59,804 nt of DNA from a virus (lineage: Duplodnaviria; Caudoviricetes). Position 1 is the first letter of the stretch. Every line of letters starts with the position of its first letter. The notes under the pieces were generated by a model. The model had not been told where the DNA came from and searched no databases. It was given only the letters and a program-made list of their open reading frames with translations. Shown here one piece after another: positions 44,751 to 53,976 of the stretch. A program made the position numbers and the translations under genes. The stretch lies in the IMG/VR virus record IMGVR_UViG_3300046707_000232, positions 1-59,804 of that record; one strand, written 5' to 3'.

Positions 44751-46606
44751 GTGACCTCCATCAGCTCAGGGTTGGCCCGTAGGCGATCGCCCTCGTCGAC
44801 GACGAGCCCCGATGTCCGCAGCGTCTTGACCGCGGTGTTCCACGACCCACCCCGCGGCGCTCTGCCGGTCATGTCGCCGAGCAGGTCACGAGTCAGCGCG
44901 TCCGGGTACGCCTCAACGAGCGTGTCGTAGAGGTCTTGCGCGGCGGCCGGCAGCTTGGAGCGCCACAACGCGACGAGCGCCGCCGGCGAGGGGGCTTGAG
45001 CGCCGGGGAAGAGCTCGAGCGCGGCCGCGGTCGGAGCGACGCGCTCGCCGCTTTGCTCAACCCACCCGGCAGACAACGCCTTCAGTGCCGTGTTCCACGA
45101 CCCGCCGCGGGGCTTGCGTCCCGTGTAGAGCGCGAGCTGCTCGCGAGTCAGGCCCGCGGGGAATGCCGCGAGTGCTTCCAGCAGGTCGCGCGCGGCGACG
45201 GAAAGACGGCTGCCCTGGCCGTTCGCGGGCGCAGCCAGGGCAGTTGACGGGTCCGATCCCGCACCGCGGGAGCGCCGACGGCCGTCAAGTCCGCCGTTCG
45301 GATCACGATCCCCGCCACCTGGCGCCTTCAACGGAGTGCTCTCCGGGGCCGCGGAACTCTGGACCCCCTCCGTGCTGGCCGGGGCGCTGCGCGCCGCGCC
45401 GTCGTCCTGCGTGAAGTCTTCAGGCCGGAATAGCTTCTGGAGCACCCGCGCGTAGTCGGCGATCTTCTGCGCGTCGCCGCCGATGCTCAACAGCGCGCCG
45501 AACACGTCCGGGCGCCGCTCCAGCGTCTTCTCCAGCTCAGCGAGGCGGCGAAGCGCGACGTCGAGCCGCGCCTGCAGGTCTCGCTCAGCCTGTGTCTCTA
45601 CCTCATCCGCGGCGTCCGGGCCGCGGTCGATCGCGACCTTGAGCTGCCCCTCCAGTTGGCGGACGCGTTCGCGCAGCGCACCGGGATCGTCAGCTTCGAC
45701 ACGCTCGACGGTCTCGGCCAGCAGCGCGCGCAGGGCGTCGAGGTCGACGTCTGCGCGCGGCTTGGGCTCGAGCGCGCGCGCATTGTCAGCGGAGCTGTCA
45801 AACGTCGACTTCGGGCGGATCAGGAACGTGCCCTCAACGCCGAGTCGCGGGGCGCTGACGCGAGCGTATCCCTGGTCGAGGCGGCTGATCTCGTTGATCA
45901 GGGCCTTGGCGTCTTCGCCGGCCTCCTCAAGCCAACCGCGCAGCTGCGCCTTGTCGTTGTTGCCACGGACCGCGTGAGCGATGACGACCTCGCACAGCTC
46001 GAGGACGTCCTTGTGAAGCTTCGCGAGCCGCGGGGTGATCACCACGAACCCCAAGCCGCGCCGGCGCCCGAGGCCAACCACGTCGTTGACAGCGCCGAGG
46101 CAACGCGCCGCGTGCCCGCTCTCGTCACGGATCCCTTGCGGTGCGAAGCGGTGACCCTCGTCGATGACAACCAGGATCTGGCTGTGGCATCGCTCGTAGA
46201 GCTCGGACAGGAAGTCTGCGACGAACCGCTGCCGCGGCGCCCATCCGTTGAAGTAGGGCCGGTCGAGGTCCAGGATCGGGCTGTGACCCTCGTCAGCGAC
46301 CAGGCGAGCGACGGCTCGGCCGGCGTGCTCGTCCAACGGGACGTCCCCGTGCTCGCCGCCGAGGACGATCATGTCGACGCCGGGCCCGTTGCCGTCTGGG
46401 GAGCGGGTGATGCCGTACCAGGCGCCCGACGGGTCGATGACCACGACCTGCGCGCCGGCGCGGCGCGCCTCCTCGACGATGCAGACCGCGGTCGATGTCT
46501 TACCCGTCCCGGTCTGACCTGTGAGAGCGGTGCGGCGGTGAACGATCTCGAATGGGAGCTCGAGATCCTCGCCGAGGCGGAGCGCAGCCGCAGTGATAGC
46601 GGTCAA
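44747..46606 (-). CDS. HerA/FtsK-superfamily (DUF87-like) ATPase with coiled coil and two C-terminal wHTH-like repeats
   Basis: GQTGTGKT, VIDP.G, VIDEGH.FAPQ, GR.RG; duplicated LTR..L...TGR.PRGGSWNTA.K.L. Confidence 0.85.
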   Translation of the reverse strand: MTAITAAALRLGEDLELPFEIVHRRTALTGQTGTGKTSTAVCIVEEARRAGAQVVVIDPSGAWYGITRSPDGNGPGVDMIVLGGEHGDVPLDEHAGRAVARLVADEGHSPILDLDRPYFNGWAPRQRFVADFLSELYERCHSQILVVIDEGHRFAPQGIRDESGHAARCLGAVNDVVGLGRRRGLGFVVITPRLAKLHKDVLELCEVVIAHAVRGNNDKAQLRGWLEEAGEDAKALINEISRLDQGYARVSAPRLGVEGTFLIRPKSTFDSSADNARALEPKPRADVDLDALRALLAETVERVEADDPGALRERVRQLEGQLKVAIDRGPDAADEVETQAERDLQARLDVALRRLAELEKTLERRPDVFGALLSIGGDAQKIADYARVLQKLFRPEDFTQDDGAARSAPASTEGVQSSAAPESTPLKAPGGGDRDPNGGLDGRRRSRGAGSDPSTALAAPANGQGSRLSVAARDLLEALAAFPAGLTREQLALYTGRKPRGGSWNTALKALSAGWVEQSGERVAPTAAALELFPGAQAPSPAALVALWRSKLPAAAQDLYDTLVEAYPDALTRDLLGDMTGRAPRGGSWNTAVKTLRTSGLVVDEGDRLRANPELMEVT

Positions 46607-46941
46607 GGCGCCAGCTCCTCGGACGCAGCGATGGCCTTGTGCTCGTCGGCCGCGGCGAGGTCGATCGCCTCGAGATCCGCCGGCTCCCACTGCCCCGACA
46701 ACCGGGCGTAGCCACGGACGAACGCTTGCGTCGCATCCTCCAGCGCGCTGATCGCCCTCGAGAAGTCCCGTGCCGCCGCGCGCTGATTGGCGTAGTCCTG
46801 ATCGCACATGCGCCGGTAGATCGCAGCGCGATCCGTCGCCGTGGCAACAATTGCGGCGAACGTCCCCCACGCGAGCTCAGACGGATCGACGGCAGTGACC
46901 GGGCGTGGCCGGCCCTCGCTCGGAGGAGGCAACTGGCTCAC
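46603..46941 (-). CDS. Hypothetical protein
   Basis: GTGA overlap. Confidence 0.5.
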   Translation of the reverse strand: MSQLPPPSEGRPRPVTAVDPSELAWGTFAAIVATATDRAAIYRRMCDQDYANQRAAARDFSRAISALEDATQAFVRGYARLSGQWEPADLEAIDLAAADEHKAIAASEELAP

Positions 46942-47888
46942 GACGCGACCTCGAGCTGCGGGAACTCGTCCCACGTGACGCCGTCGATCTCGCGCGGTCC
47001 ACCCGGGCGCGCACCGCCGTGCTGCTTGTGGAAGTAGGAGACGCCCTCGCGCTGGCAGGCGTCGCGGATGTCGCGGCACCAGCCGAGGTCCATCGGCCGG
47101 TGGTCGGCCCCGCTCTCTCCGCCGGTGATGATCCACGAGATGCCGTCGAGGCTGAGTTGTGGGCGCTGCTTGCCGTCCTCCCACATCGGGAACCGGGCGT
47201 CAGGCGTCGGGTCGGGTCGCCAGTCGCGCGCGTCGAACATCAGCGGCCCGAGGAGCGGCTCGGCCGAGATGAAGCGCGCGGCCGCGGGTGTCTCGCGGAG
47301 CACGTCAGCGCGGCTGACGAACTCGCGCTTGCCGAGGCTGACGCCGAGCCAGACGTTGTCGAGCTTGTCGAAGCCCTCCTCGATCATCTCGGCGACGATG
47401 AACGCGTTCGCGATGCGGCGCGCCCGGGCGATGTCGAAGATCGCCTGCATGGTGAGCTTGCAGAACTGCCAGCTCTTGAGCAGGTCGCGCATCCGCTCTG
47501 GGCGCTTGGTCAGGACCTGGAACGTGTGTCGGTGGGCGAGCGCCATCACCGCGAACACGCGGGCGATGAACTCGTCCGGGACCTGCTCGTGGAACAGGTC
47601 GCTCATCGAGTTGACGAAGACGAGCTTGCCGTCGGCCTTCCCGGCGCGGCGCGCGGCGTCGCCGAGCCCGCGCCAGTGCTTCGCGTTGCTGAACGGCTCG
47701 CCCAGCTTGTGCGGCTTGAGGATCACGTTCTCGGTCGCGTTGGCAGGCAGCCACGGGAGTTTCGAGAGGCCGAACTTCAGCGCGATCGTCTCGGCGTAGC
47801 AGTTGGCGCACTCCGTCGACTTGATGCTGCAGCCGAAGGTGGGGTTCCAGGTGACGTCGGTCCAGCCGATCGCGGTCGCCTGGCTCAT
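46938..47888 (-). CDS. Phage Gp37/Gp68 (DUF5131) radical-SAM-like protein
   Basis: I.WTD.TWNP..GC...S.EC.NCYA, FVNSMSDLFH, LTKRP, GGESG. Confidence 0.93.
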   Translation of the reverse strand: MSQATAIGWTDVTWNPTFGCSIKSTECANCYAETIALKFGLSKLPWLPANATENVILKPHKLGEPFSNAKHWRGLGDAARRAGKADGKLVFVNSMSDLFHEQVPDEFIARVFAVMALAHRHTFQVLTKRPERMRDLLKSWQFCKLTMQAIFDIARARRIANAFIVAEMIEEGFDKLDNVWLGVSLGKREFVSRADVLRETPAAARFISAEPLLGPLMFDARDWRPDPTPDARFPMWEDGKQRPQLSLDGISWIITGGESGADHRPMDLGWCRDIRDACQREGVSYFHKQHGGARPGGPREIDGVTWDEFPQLEVAS

Positions 47889-48193
47889 TCGTCGCCGCCT
47901 TCCGATGACTCAGCAAGCTGGGCGACATCGCGACCTACATCGGTGAGCCCGAAGGTCCTCGGGCGGCCGCCGAACACGATCTGCAGGAGGCCCCGGCTCT
48001 TCAGGCGCACGATCGCGCTGGCGACCGCGCTCTCGCTGAGGACCCAGCGGCGCGTGGAGAACGACTTCGTGACCGTGAACCCCGCGAAGTCATGGACCGT
48101 CTGCGCTCCCCGGCCCGCCCGTTCGCGAGCGTAGAACTCTGCGAGAAGCCCGCGCTGCTGAAGCGTGAGTCCCTTCGACGCGTCAGCGGGCAC
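47885..48193 (-). CDS. Winged-helix-like protein
   Basis: AIVRLKSRGLL...LTDVG. Confidence 0.5.
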   Translation of the reverse strand: MPADASKGLTLQQRGLLAEFYARERAGRGAQTVHDFAGFTVTKSFSTRRWVLSESAVASAIVRLKSRGLLQIVFGGRPRTFGLTDVGRDVAQLAESSEGGDE

Positions 48194-48374
48194 GTCGCCA
48201 CCACGTCAGCCGAAGGCCCTCGTCCCACTTGGACTCGACGAACCCTTGCTTCTCGAGCGCCGCGAGCTTCTGGCCCGCGCTGCGCCGGTCGGCGCCGGCG
48301 CGGTCAGCGATGTTCCGGGCGAGGTCCCAGTCGTCGTGGACCGCGGCGTGCAGCGGTCCCAGGTCAGCGGCCAT
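48183..48374 (-). CDS. Small winged-helix-like protein
   Basis: IADRAG...L..LE.QGFVE. Confidence 0.45.
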   Translation of the reverse strand: MAADLGPLHAAVHDDWDLARNIADRAGADRRSAGQKLAALEKQGFVESKWDEGLRLTWWRRAR

Positions 48375-48519
48375 CCGCGGCCTCCTTGGGCGTCGGGTAG
48401 TCGGGGTACTGGCGCCATGCGCCGTCCTCGAGGTGGAAGAGGCGATCGCCGACGAGCTGCATCTCGCGGGTGCGCGGGACCTGCTCGCCGATCAACTGCT
48501 CAAGCTGCCCGGTCGTCAT
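48364..48519 (-). CDS. Small hypothetical protein (51 aa, not in the ORF track)
   Basis: Own translation MTTGQLEQ...; GAGG RBS; fills the operon gap. Confidence 0.45.
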   Translation of the reverse strand: MTTGQLEQLIGEQVPRTREMQLVGDRLFHLEDGAWRQYPDYPTPKEAADGR

Positions 48520-48727
48520 CGATGACCTCCACGAGCGCGAAGCGATTCGGTGTCATCCAGCCCTGAAGCCATGCGACGAGCCGAACCGCAAGGGCTGCCG
48601 CCCAGCCGGTCGCCACGTCGAACTGCACCGGAACAGCGGCCGCCAGTTGGACATCGCTTGGGTACCACTCGCCGCAGAGCGCTGTCCATGTGAGCGGCTC
48701 GCCTCGGAAGAGGACCGACTTCGTCAT
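48500..48727 (-). CDS. Hypothetical protein
   Basis: ATGA overlap. Confidence 0.4.
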   Translation of the reverse strand: MTKSVLFRGEPLTWTALCGEWYPSDVQLAAAVPVQFDVATGWAAALAVRLVAWLQGWMTPNRFALVEVIDDDRAA

Positions 48728-48915
48728 GTCGCGATCCGGAAGCCGTCAACGAAAAATCCGACGATCACGCCCAGGTAGAAGCAAAACGCGGCGAGGATGA
48801 GCAGCGCCGCGGCGATCGCGACGGCGATCGTGATCTGCACAGCACGCTTCTTGCGCTCCTGCTCCTTCGCTGGCTCGAGCCACTCGCGAGCGCGGACTCG
48901 CCACTCAGAGATCAC
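48724..48915 (-). CDS. Small membrane protein
   Basis: Long hydrophobic helix. Confidence 0.5.
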   Translation of the reverse strand: MISEWRVRAREWLEPAKEQERKKRAVQITIAVAIAAALLILAAFCFYLGVIVGFFVDGFRIAT

Positions 48916-49199
48916 CGCACGCTCCGTTCCACCGGGCGCTGGACGTGCCCCATCTCCGGATCGAGAAGACGCTCGACGTCGCGCTTGGAGATGCCGAGCT
49001 GCTCAGCGATCTCGGTGACGCTCATCGCCTGGGCGAACATGACGCGGGCGCGTTCAGCGCGCTCGCGCCGGCACTCGCCGGCCGCCATGTGAGAGCACTT
49101 GCCGCACTGGAGCGCGCCGCGGCGCACGATGACGCGCCCACAGCCGCAGAAATCGCCGTCGCCGCGCGGCGCGCCGAGCCTGACCGGGCTACCAGGCAT
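48912..49199 (-). CDS. Zinc-ribbon plus HTH protein
   Basis: CGCG...CGKC; SVTEIAEQLGISKRDV. Confidence 0.6.
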   Translation of the reverse strand: MPGSPVRLGAPRGDGDFCGCGRVIVRRGALQCGKCSHMAAGECRRERAERARVMFAQAMSVTEIAEQLGISKRDVERLLDPEMGHVQRPVERSVR

Positions 49200-50130
49200 C
49201 GTCAGCAGGGATTGCGGTCTCCGGCGCGGGAGTCTCGGGCTGGTGAGCGGCCGGGACGTAAACGGCGTCGCTGTCGGCGCCTGCGATCGCGTTCCGCGTC
49301 TCGGTGAGAAGCGATTCCTGCTCACCCTGCGCCGGCGTGGTGGCCGCGGCGGCCGCCGCTCGCGCTTGCGAGAGGTGCTCGCGCACTTCGCGCATCCGCA
49401 GCTCCTCGGCCGCGCGCTCAGCGCGCCGCAGCCTCTCACGCTCAGCGAGGATCTCTTGCGCTCGGGCCACGCCTTCCGAGAACCCCTCGGGGTCGCTCCA
49501 TGACCAGAACCGGCACGCGAAATCCCACTGCGTCTCACCAGGCCCTTTCACGAGGCCGACGTCTGCCGGACGGCGGCGCCGCGCATAGCCGCCGACGAGA
49601 AGGCCGTAGCGCTCCATGCCGAGCTCGTCCGGGTACGTCCAAGGGTCGATCCAGAAGAACGGGTTCGCCGGGTGCGGCGGCGTGCTGATCCACGCCTGCC
49701 CCATCACGGTGTCGATCAGGGCCGTGACCGGCGTCGCGAGCCTGCGCGCGAGGTCGGAGAGTCGATCGCTGGCCGCTTCACGATCGAACGGGCCACACAG
49801 CAGCTGGCCGCGGATGTACCCGATGCGCTCGGCCGAGAGGCCCGAGACCCCCCCGAAGGTCTCGGTCGACGTCCGCTGATGTGGGCGTTTGTACGCCGAC
49901 ATGCCGCCGTCGAGGATCTTTTTCACCAACAATCCCGGCGTTGGTCTATATGTTTGTCGCCCTTGCTGGTCGTCCCAGAACGCTATTGCTCCTAGAACCC
50001 CATCGAGCCCGCCCTCAGGGACCCGCGCGATCAGGCGCTCCGGATCGTCGACTCCGCGCTCCGCAAGCATCGCGACCAGGCCATCGCGAGTTATCGCGCG
50101 CGAGTCCGCATGCAAGCCCTGAGACGACAC
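49189..50130 (-). CDS. Hypothetical protein (possibly replication-related)
   Basis: 313 aa; GTG 7 nt after TAGGGT. Confidence 0.55.
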   Translation of the reverse strand: MSSQGLHADSRAITRDGLVAMLAERGVDDPERLIARVPEGGLDGVLGAIAFWDDQQGRQTYRPTPGLLVKKILDGGMSAYKRPHQRTSTETFGGVSGLSAERIGYIRGQLLCGPFDREAASDRLSDLARRLATPVTALIDTVMGQAWISTPPHPANPFFWIDPWTYPDELGMERYGLLVGGYARRRRPADVGLVKGPGETQWDFACRFWSWSDPEGFSEGVARAQEILAERERLRRAERAAEELRMREVREHLSQARAAAAAATTPAQGEQESLLTETRNAIAGADSDAVYVPAAHQPETPAPETAIPADDAW

Positions 50131-50155
50131 TCCTACAACCCTACAACCAGCCTAC
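50131..50155. promoter_or_regulatory. CCTAC-repeat divergent promoter/operator
   Basis: CCTA at 50132, 50140, 50151 between divergent genes. Confidence 0.7.
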
Positions 50156-50172
50156 GACAAGGAGCTCCGCGC

Positions 50173-50550
50173 ATGCCCCGCCTGCCCTCCAAGCCGCCAG
50201 CACCCCAGAAAACTCACCCATGGGAGGAATGGATGAACGGGGAGGAGCACGAGCTCGAGCAAGGCGTCGACTTCCCAGGCCAGTTCGAAGCGTTCCGCAA
50301 CCGCTTCTTCAATAAGGCCACCGAAGCTGGGATTGAAGTCCGCACCGCGAAGGTGACCCAAGCCCGGACCAAAGCCATCGCCGCCGCGCTCGAGAGCGGC
50401 CGGCGGACAGTCGAAGCGTTGCCGGATGTCATCGAAGCGGCGACCGACCCAGATGAACGCAAGAGGCTCAAGGATCGTTTAGCGCGCATGCGGCGCGAGC
50501 GCCGAGACACCACGGATCTCCTGATCTTCCGGTTCTACCCGAACTCTTAA
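50173..50550 (+). CDS. Hypothetical protein (divergent; candidate regulator)
   Basis: AAGGAG RBS, ATG 50173. Confidence 0.6.
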   Translation: MPRLPSKPPAPQKTHPWEEWMNGEEHELEQGVDFPGQFEAFRNRFFNKATEAGIEVRTAKVTQARTKAIAAALESGRRTVEALPDVIEAATDPDERKRLKDRLARMRRERRDTTDLLIFRFYPNS

Positions 50551-50556
50551 AGGCGA

Positions 50557-50586
50557 CAGCCCCGGCGGGGTATGTGGCCGGGGCTG
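50557..50586. terminator. GC-rich hairpin between convergent genes
   Basis: CAGCCCCGGC / GCCGGGGCTG 10-bp inverted repeat. Confidence 0.55.
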
Positions 50587-50626
50587 CGCGCGCTGTGAGA
50601 GGTAGAACGAGGTACTGCAGGGTGTC

Positions 50627-50652
50627 TCCTACAGGGTAATGGCCCTGTAGGA
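50627..50652. repeat. Inverted repeat TCCTACAGGG-N6-CCCTGTAGGA
   Basis: Perfect 10-bp arms containing the CCTAC box. Confidence 0.65.
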
Positions 50653-50659
50653 CATCTCG

Positions 50660-51346
50660 TCAAGAACGCAGTGACTGGGGCGGCACGTCGCCGTCCCATC
50701 CCGCGAGGTCGTTGAGCCACGCGAGCAGCCGGCGGTTATCAGTCCGCACACCCCAGTCATCGACGGCCCAACGCGTCTGAGCGCGGTAGAACGCGCTCAC
50801 ATCGACCCCGGTCGCTTCCAAGATGCTGCCCGGAGCGAGCCACATAGCGAAAGCCTCCGCGAATTGCTCACCGATGTCGCGAGGCTGGTAGCTCGTGAAC
50901 GGCAACATCGACGGGACAAGGCCGCTGGAGTGAATGTGACGCACCTCGCGGTCCCCGGGCGACCAGAACACCCGCCACCGCACGTGCGGCTTGATGAGCG
51001 CGTTCCAGAGCGCGTGCCCAAGCTCGTGCAACACGACACCGACCAGGTACTCGCCGACGTATCCACGCCCCGCCCACGGGATGTGCACGGCCGACGAATA
51101 GCGGCCGCTGCGCTCACGTCGGTAGAAGCAGCTCGCCGAGTCGCGGTGCCTCATGACGTGCCGGCGCCCGTCGCGCTCGTACTCGAACTCACCGTAGTCC
51201 GCAGATAGCCCTGCGAAGACCGCGTCCCCCTCGAAGAACGGGCAAGGGCCGATCCGCTCCAGGATCGCCGGCGGGACCAGGTCGATCGCCGTCCCGATGC
51301 GCCCTGCGACCGTGCGCGTGCAGCTGCGCTCCGGCAGGGGCGTCAC
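50660..51346 (-). CDS. Zincin-like metallopeptidase
   Basis: VLHELGH...SY......EQFAEAF. Confidence 0.75.
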   Translation of the reverse strand: MTPLPERSCTRTVAGRIGTAIDLVPPAILERIGPCPFFEGDAVFAGLSADYGEFEYERDGRRHVMRHRDSASCFYRRERSGRYSSAVHIPWAGRGYVGEYLVGVVLHELGHALWNALIKPHVRWRVFWSPGDREVRHIHSSGLVPSMLPFTSYQPRDIGEQFAEAFAMWLAPGSILEATGVDVSAFYRAQTRWAVDDWGVRTDNRRLLAWLNDLAGWDGDVPPQSLRS

Positions 51347-51633
51347 AGCGGCGTGAAGTCCCAGCCGAGCGACCACGGCCGGTACGACTCGCTGTCCTCG
51401 TCGGCCACGTGACGCTCGGCCGTGTACAAGCCCGGTTGTACGGGCGGCCCTCCGGCGTTGGCGAGCGCCCGGTGAAACGCGCAGTCCTCGAGCGGCTTCG
51501 CCGGGTCTTGACCGGCGATGGCACGCTCGGCGTCCGTGTGCGCGATCGTGAACCCAGTCGCCCGCAGCTCGACGACGTGAACGTCCGTGAGACCGCGGTC
51601 AGCCTGGACACGCTTGAGGTCGTCGACCGTCAC
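51343..51633 (-). CDS. Hypothetical protein
   Basis: GTGA overlaps. Confidence 0.5.
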   Translation of the reverse strand: MTVDDLKRVQADRGLTDVHVVELRATGFTIAHTDAERAIAGQDPAKPLEDCAFHRALANAGGPPVQPGLYTAERHVADEDSESYRPWSLGWDFTPL

Positions 51634-51788
51634 GCGATCACCCCAATGTTGACCAGGGTCCCGAAGGTGATCAGCACGACCGCGCCAACAAGAGCGACGA
51701 TCCGCAGAGGCATCGGCGACGCGAACGTCCGCGGCATTGCGGCCAGCAGCAGCAAGACGATGACCACGAGCGCGAACAGCGGCGTCAC
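51630..51788 (-). CDS. Small two-TM membrane protein
   Basis: Hydrophobic. Confidence 0.5.
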   Translation of the reverse strand: MTPLFALVVIVLLLLAAMPRTFASPMPLRIVALVGAVVLITFGTLVNIGVIA

Positions 51789-52411
51789 AGCGCACCCACG
51801 ATCAGAGCCGCGACAGCGATCGACACGACGTGAAAGACCTGATCGACAGCCATCCGGACCAGCATCCCGACCGTGAAGACCGGCACCGTCCACTCCCGCA
51901 GGTCGCGCCGTAGGTCATCGAGATCTGCTCGCAGCGTCTCTCGCTCGAGCGGGCCGCGTCGGCGCGGGCGGACTCGCATGTGTATCTCGTCGAAGTCCAT
52001 CTTGTACGGGCGGTGCTCGGGATTGGCCGCGTCTGCGCTGATCGCGGTGGCCATGTACGCCGGCGTCTGACGCATCAGCCGCGCCCACCACGCGACCGGC
52101 GTGCGCGTGTCGATCACGAGGTGCACGAGTGCAAGGGGAAACGCAAACCAGCCGAAAACCAGGGCCAGCAGCGCGCAGTGGATGCCGGCGTGCACGTACG
52201 CGGCGGGATGTCGATTCCACAACGACGGACTCCGCTGCTGACGAGTGCGCGTGTCCATCCCGCTCTCGCCATCATCGATATAGACCGTGCCCGGCCGCCG
52301 CTCGGATTTGTGCTCTGCGATCCAAGCGTTCTGCAGCATCCAATCGGCGATCAGATGCGCGACGAGACCCCAGACGAGCAGGCCGGTCGCGTCGAGATCG
52401 AACGGGTTCAC
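51785..52411 (-). CDS. DUF3307-like membrane protein
   Basis: AH..AD..LQ, H..IH, H..ID, DQ.FH. Confidence 0.75.
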   Translation of the reverse strand: MNPFDLDATGLLVWGLVAHLIADWMLQNAWIAEHKSERRPGTVYIDDGESGMDTRTRQQRSPSLWNRHPAAYVHAGIHCALLALVFGWFAFPLALVHLVIDTRTPVAWWARLMRQTPAYMATAISADAANPEHRPYKMDFDEIHMRVRPRRRGPLERETLRADLDDLRRDLREWTVPVFTVGMLVRMAVDQVFHVVSIAVAALIVGAL

Positions 52412-52875
52412 CTCAGCTCCTCGCAGTCGTCGGCGCCGCGGACCTCGAGGGACGTGATCTCCCCGCCGGAGAGCAGCCAGAAGCGGTTGCGGTCGTCGAG
52501 GAATCCGACGCGGCCTTCGAACGGGCCCGGAACCTTCAGGCGGACGCGGCCCTGGATGCTCTCCAACAAGCTCGCGAGGAGCGAGTAGTGGTGGTTGTCA
52601 CTCATGACGCCGGCGCTCTCGAGCTTCTCGACCGCTCGCGCGCGGACCGCGTCCCATTGCTCGAACTTGATCCCCTCCGGGTCCTGGGTCTGGTGGAGCG
52701 TGAGGCCGGAGACGGTGCCGGTCATCGTCTCCTCGAGCAGGCCCTCGACGCTTACGCCGAGCGCGAGTCCGAGCGGGTGAAGGATGAGCGTGTTGATCGT
52801 CGCGATCAGGCCCTCATCCGAGAGCCGCTGCGCGAGCGCGGCGCCTCCCGTCGGCTTGTAGTCCTCGACCTTCAC
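52408..52875 (-). CDS. Hypothetical phage protein
   Basis: GL...IN...LHPLGLAL motif. Confidence 0.55.
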   Translation of the reverse strand: MKVEDYKPTGGAALAQRLSDEGLIATINTLILHPLGLALGVSVEGLLEETMTGTVSGLTLHQTQDPEGIKFEQWDAVRARAVEKLESAGVMSDNHHYSLLASLLESIQGRVRLKVPGPFEGRVGFLDDRNRFWLLSGGEITSLEVRGADDCEELR

Positions 52876-53231
52876 GGCGCGGCGGGTGGGTCGATCTTGC
52901 CTACGGTGACCGACTTGAGGTATCGGGACGGCTTGTCGCCCCAGTGGGCCGTGAGCGTGTGGCCGGTGGTCTCGAAACCTTCGGAGGGCGGGCGCCCGGA
53001 TTCGCGTCGCGCAACGAACGCAGCGGCTCGCGTCGGGAACTCCTTGACCGCTATGACGAGGTCGAAATCGCCGAGGAGCGTCCCGATCGAGTAGTTGGTG
53101 AGCGGGACCCCATCGAAGGCCGCCTCGAGCGCGCGGCGCGCGGTCTCGTGCGGGTCTGCGTCTGGGTCGGCCTCGTCGACGACCACCGCTGCGCGCTGGA
53201 TCATCGAGTCGTGCAGGTTTAGGCTGCTCAT
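52872..53231 (-). CDS. Hypothetical protein
   Basis: ATGA overlap. Confidence 0.45.
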   Translation of the reverse strand: MSSLNLHDSMIQRAAVVVDEADPDADPHETARRALEAAFDGVPLTNYSIGTLLGDFDLVIAVKEFPTRAAAFVARRESGRPPSEGFETTGHTLTAHWGDKPSRYLKSVTVGKIDPPAAP

Positions 53232-53719
53232 GCGAAGAACTCCTCTGCGTCGTAGTAGGCGACCCCGGCGTTTCGGGCAGCCGCGAGATCGGTGTCCATG
53301 TCGCCGATGAACGCCGTCCACTCCGGGCGCGCGCCGTAGAGCTCCATCGCGTCCTCGAGCATCCGGCCGCTCGGTTTCCTCCGCCCGGGATCCCAAGCGC
53401 GATCGAACTCGCGACCGCACTCCGCGGGCTTGGTGGGGTGCGCGAAGCACACGAACACCGGCGTCTCCTGCGGCAGCCCGAGACAGCTCTTGACGACCCG
53501 CATCTTCATGTGGACCTGCGTCTCGGTCTGGTAGCCGTGCGACACGCCCGCCTGGTTGGTCACCAGCGCGACGACGCCGCCGGCCGCGCGCAGCTCGGCG
53601 AGCTTCGCGCGGCGCCCAGGAAGCGGTTGGACACGGTCGTAGTCGCTGCGCGGCGCGCCGGCGCGCAGGAAGGACTCGACGAGCGTGCCGTCGACGTCGA
53701 AGAGCCAGAGCCACGTCAC
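53228..53719 (-). CDS. HAD-IIIA phosphatase (GmhB/PNKP-like)
   Basis: FDVDGTL, VTNQAG, RKP, IGDMDTD. Confidence 0.88.
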   Translation of the reverse strand: MTWLWLFDVDGTLVESFLRAGAPRSDYDRVQPLPGRRAKLAELRAAGGVVALVTNQAGVSHGYQTETQVHMKMRVVKSCLGLPQETPVFVCFAHPTKPAECGREFDRAWDPGRRKPSGRMLEDAMELYGARPEWTAFIGDMDTDLAAARNAGVAYYDAEEFFA

Positions 53720-53976
53720 CGGAAGCAGCACTTCTTGGCCTTCCTGCCGGATTGGCATGTGCAGGGGTCGTTGCGGCCGGGCGCGCTGGCGGCGCGGCGC
53801 TGCAGGACGCGCGGTCGGACTTCGACGTTCCGGGGTTCTCGGGCGAGCTCGTGGTAGAGCCGGTCTGTCTCCGGCGCCGTCCGGCACGCGGGGCATTCGC
53901 CGTTCCCGGTCCACCCCGTCCACGCGCACGCGCTGCAGGTGCTGACGCGCGTGGCGTCGTCGGTGGTGACGGTCAT
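53716..53976 (-). CDS. SEC-C motif zinc-binding protein
   Basis: GRNDPCTCQSGRKAKKCC plus CxxC..CxxC. Confidence 0.8.
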   Translation of the reverse strand: MTVTTDDATRVSTCSACAWTGWTGNGECPACRTAPETDRLYHELAREPRNVEVRPRVLQRRAASAPGRNDPCTCQSGRKAKKCCFR

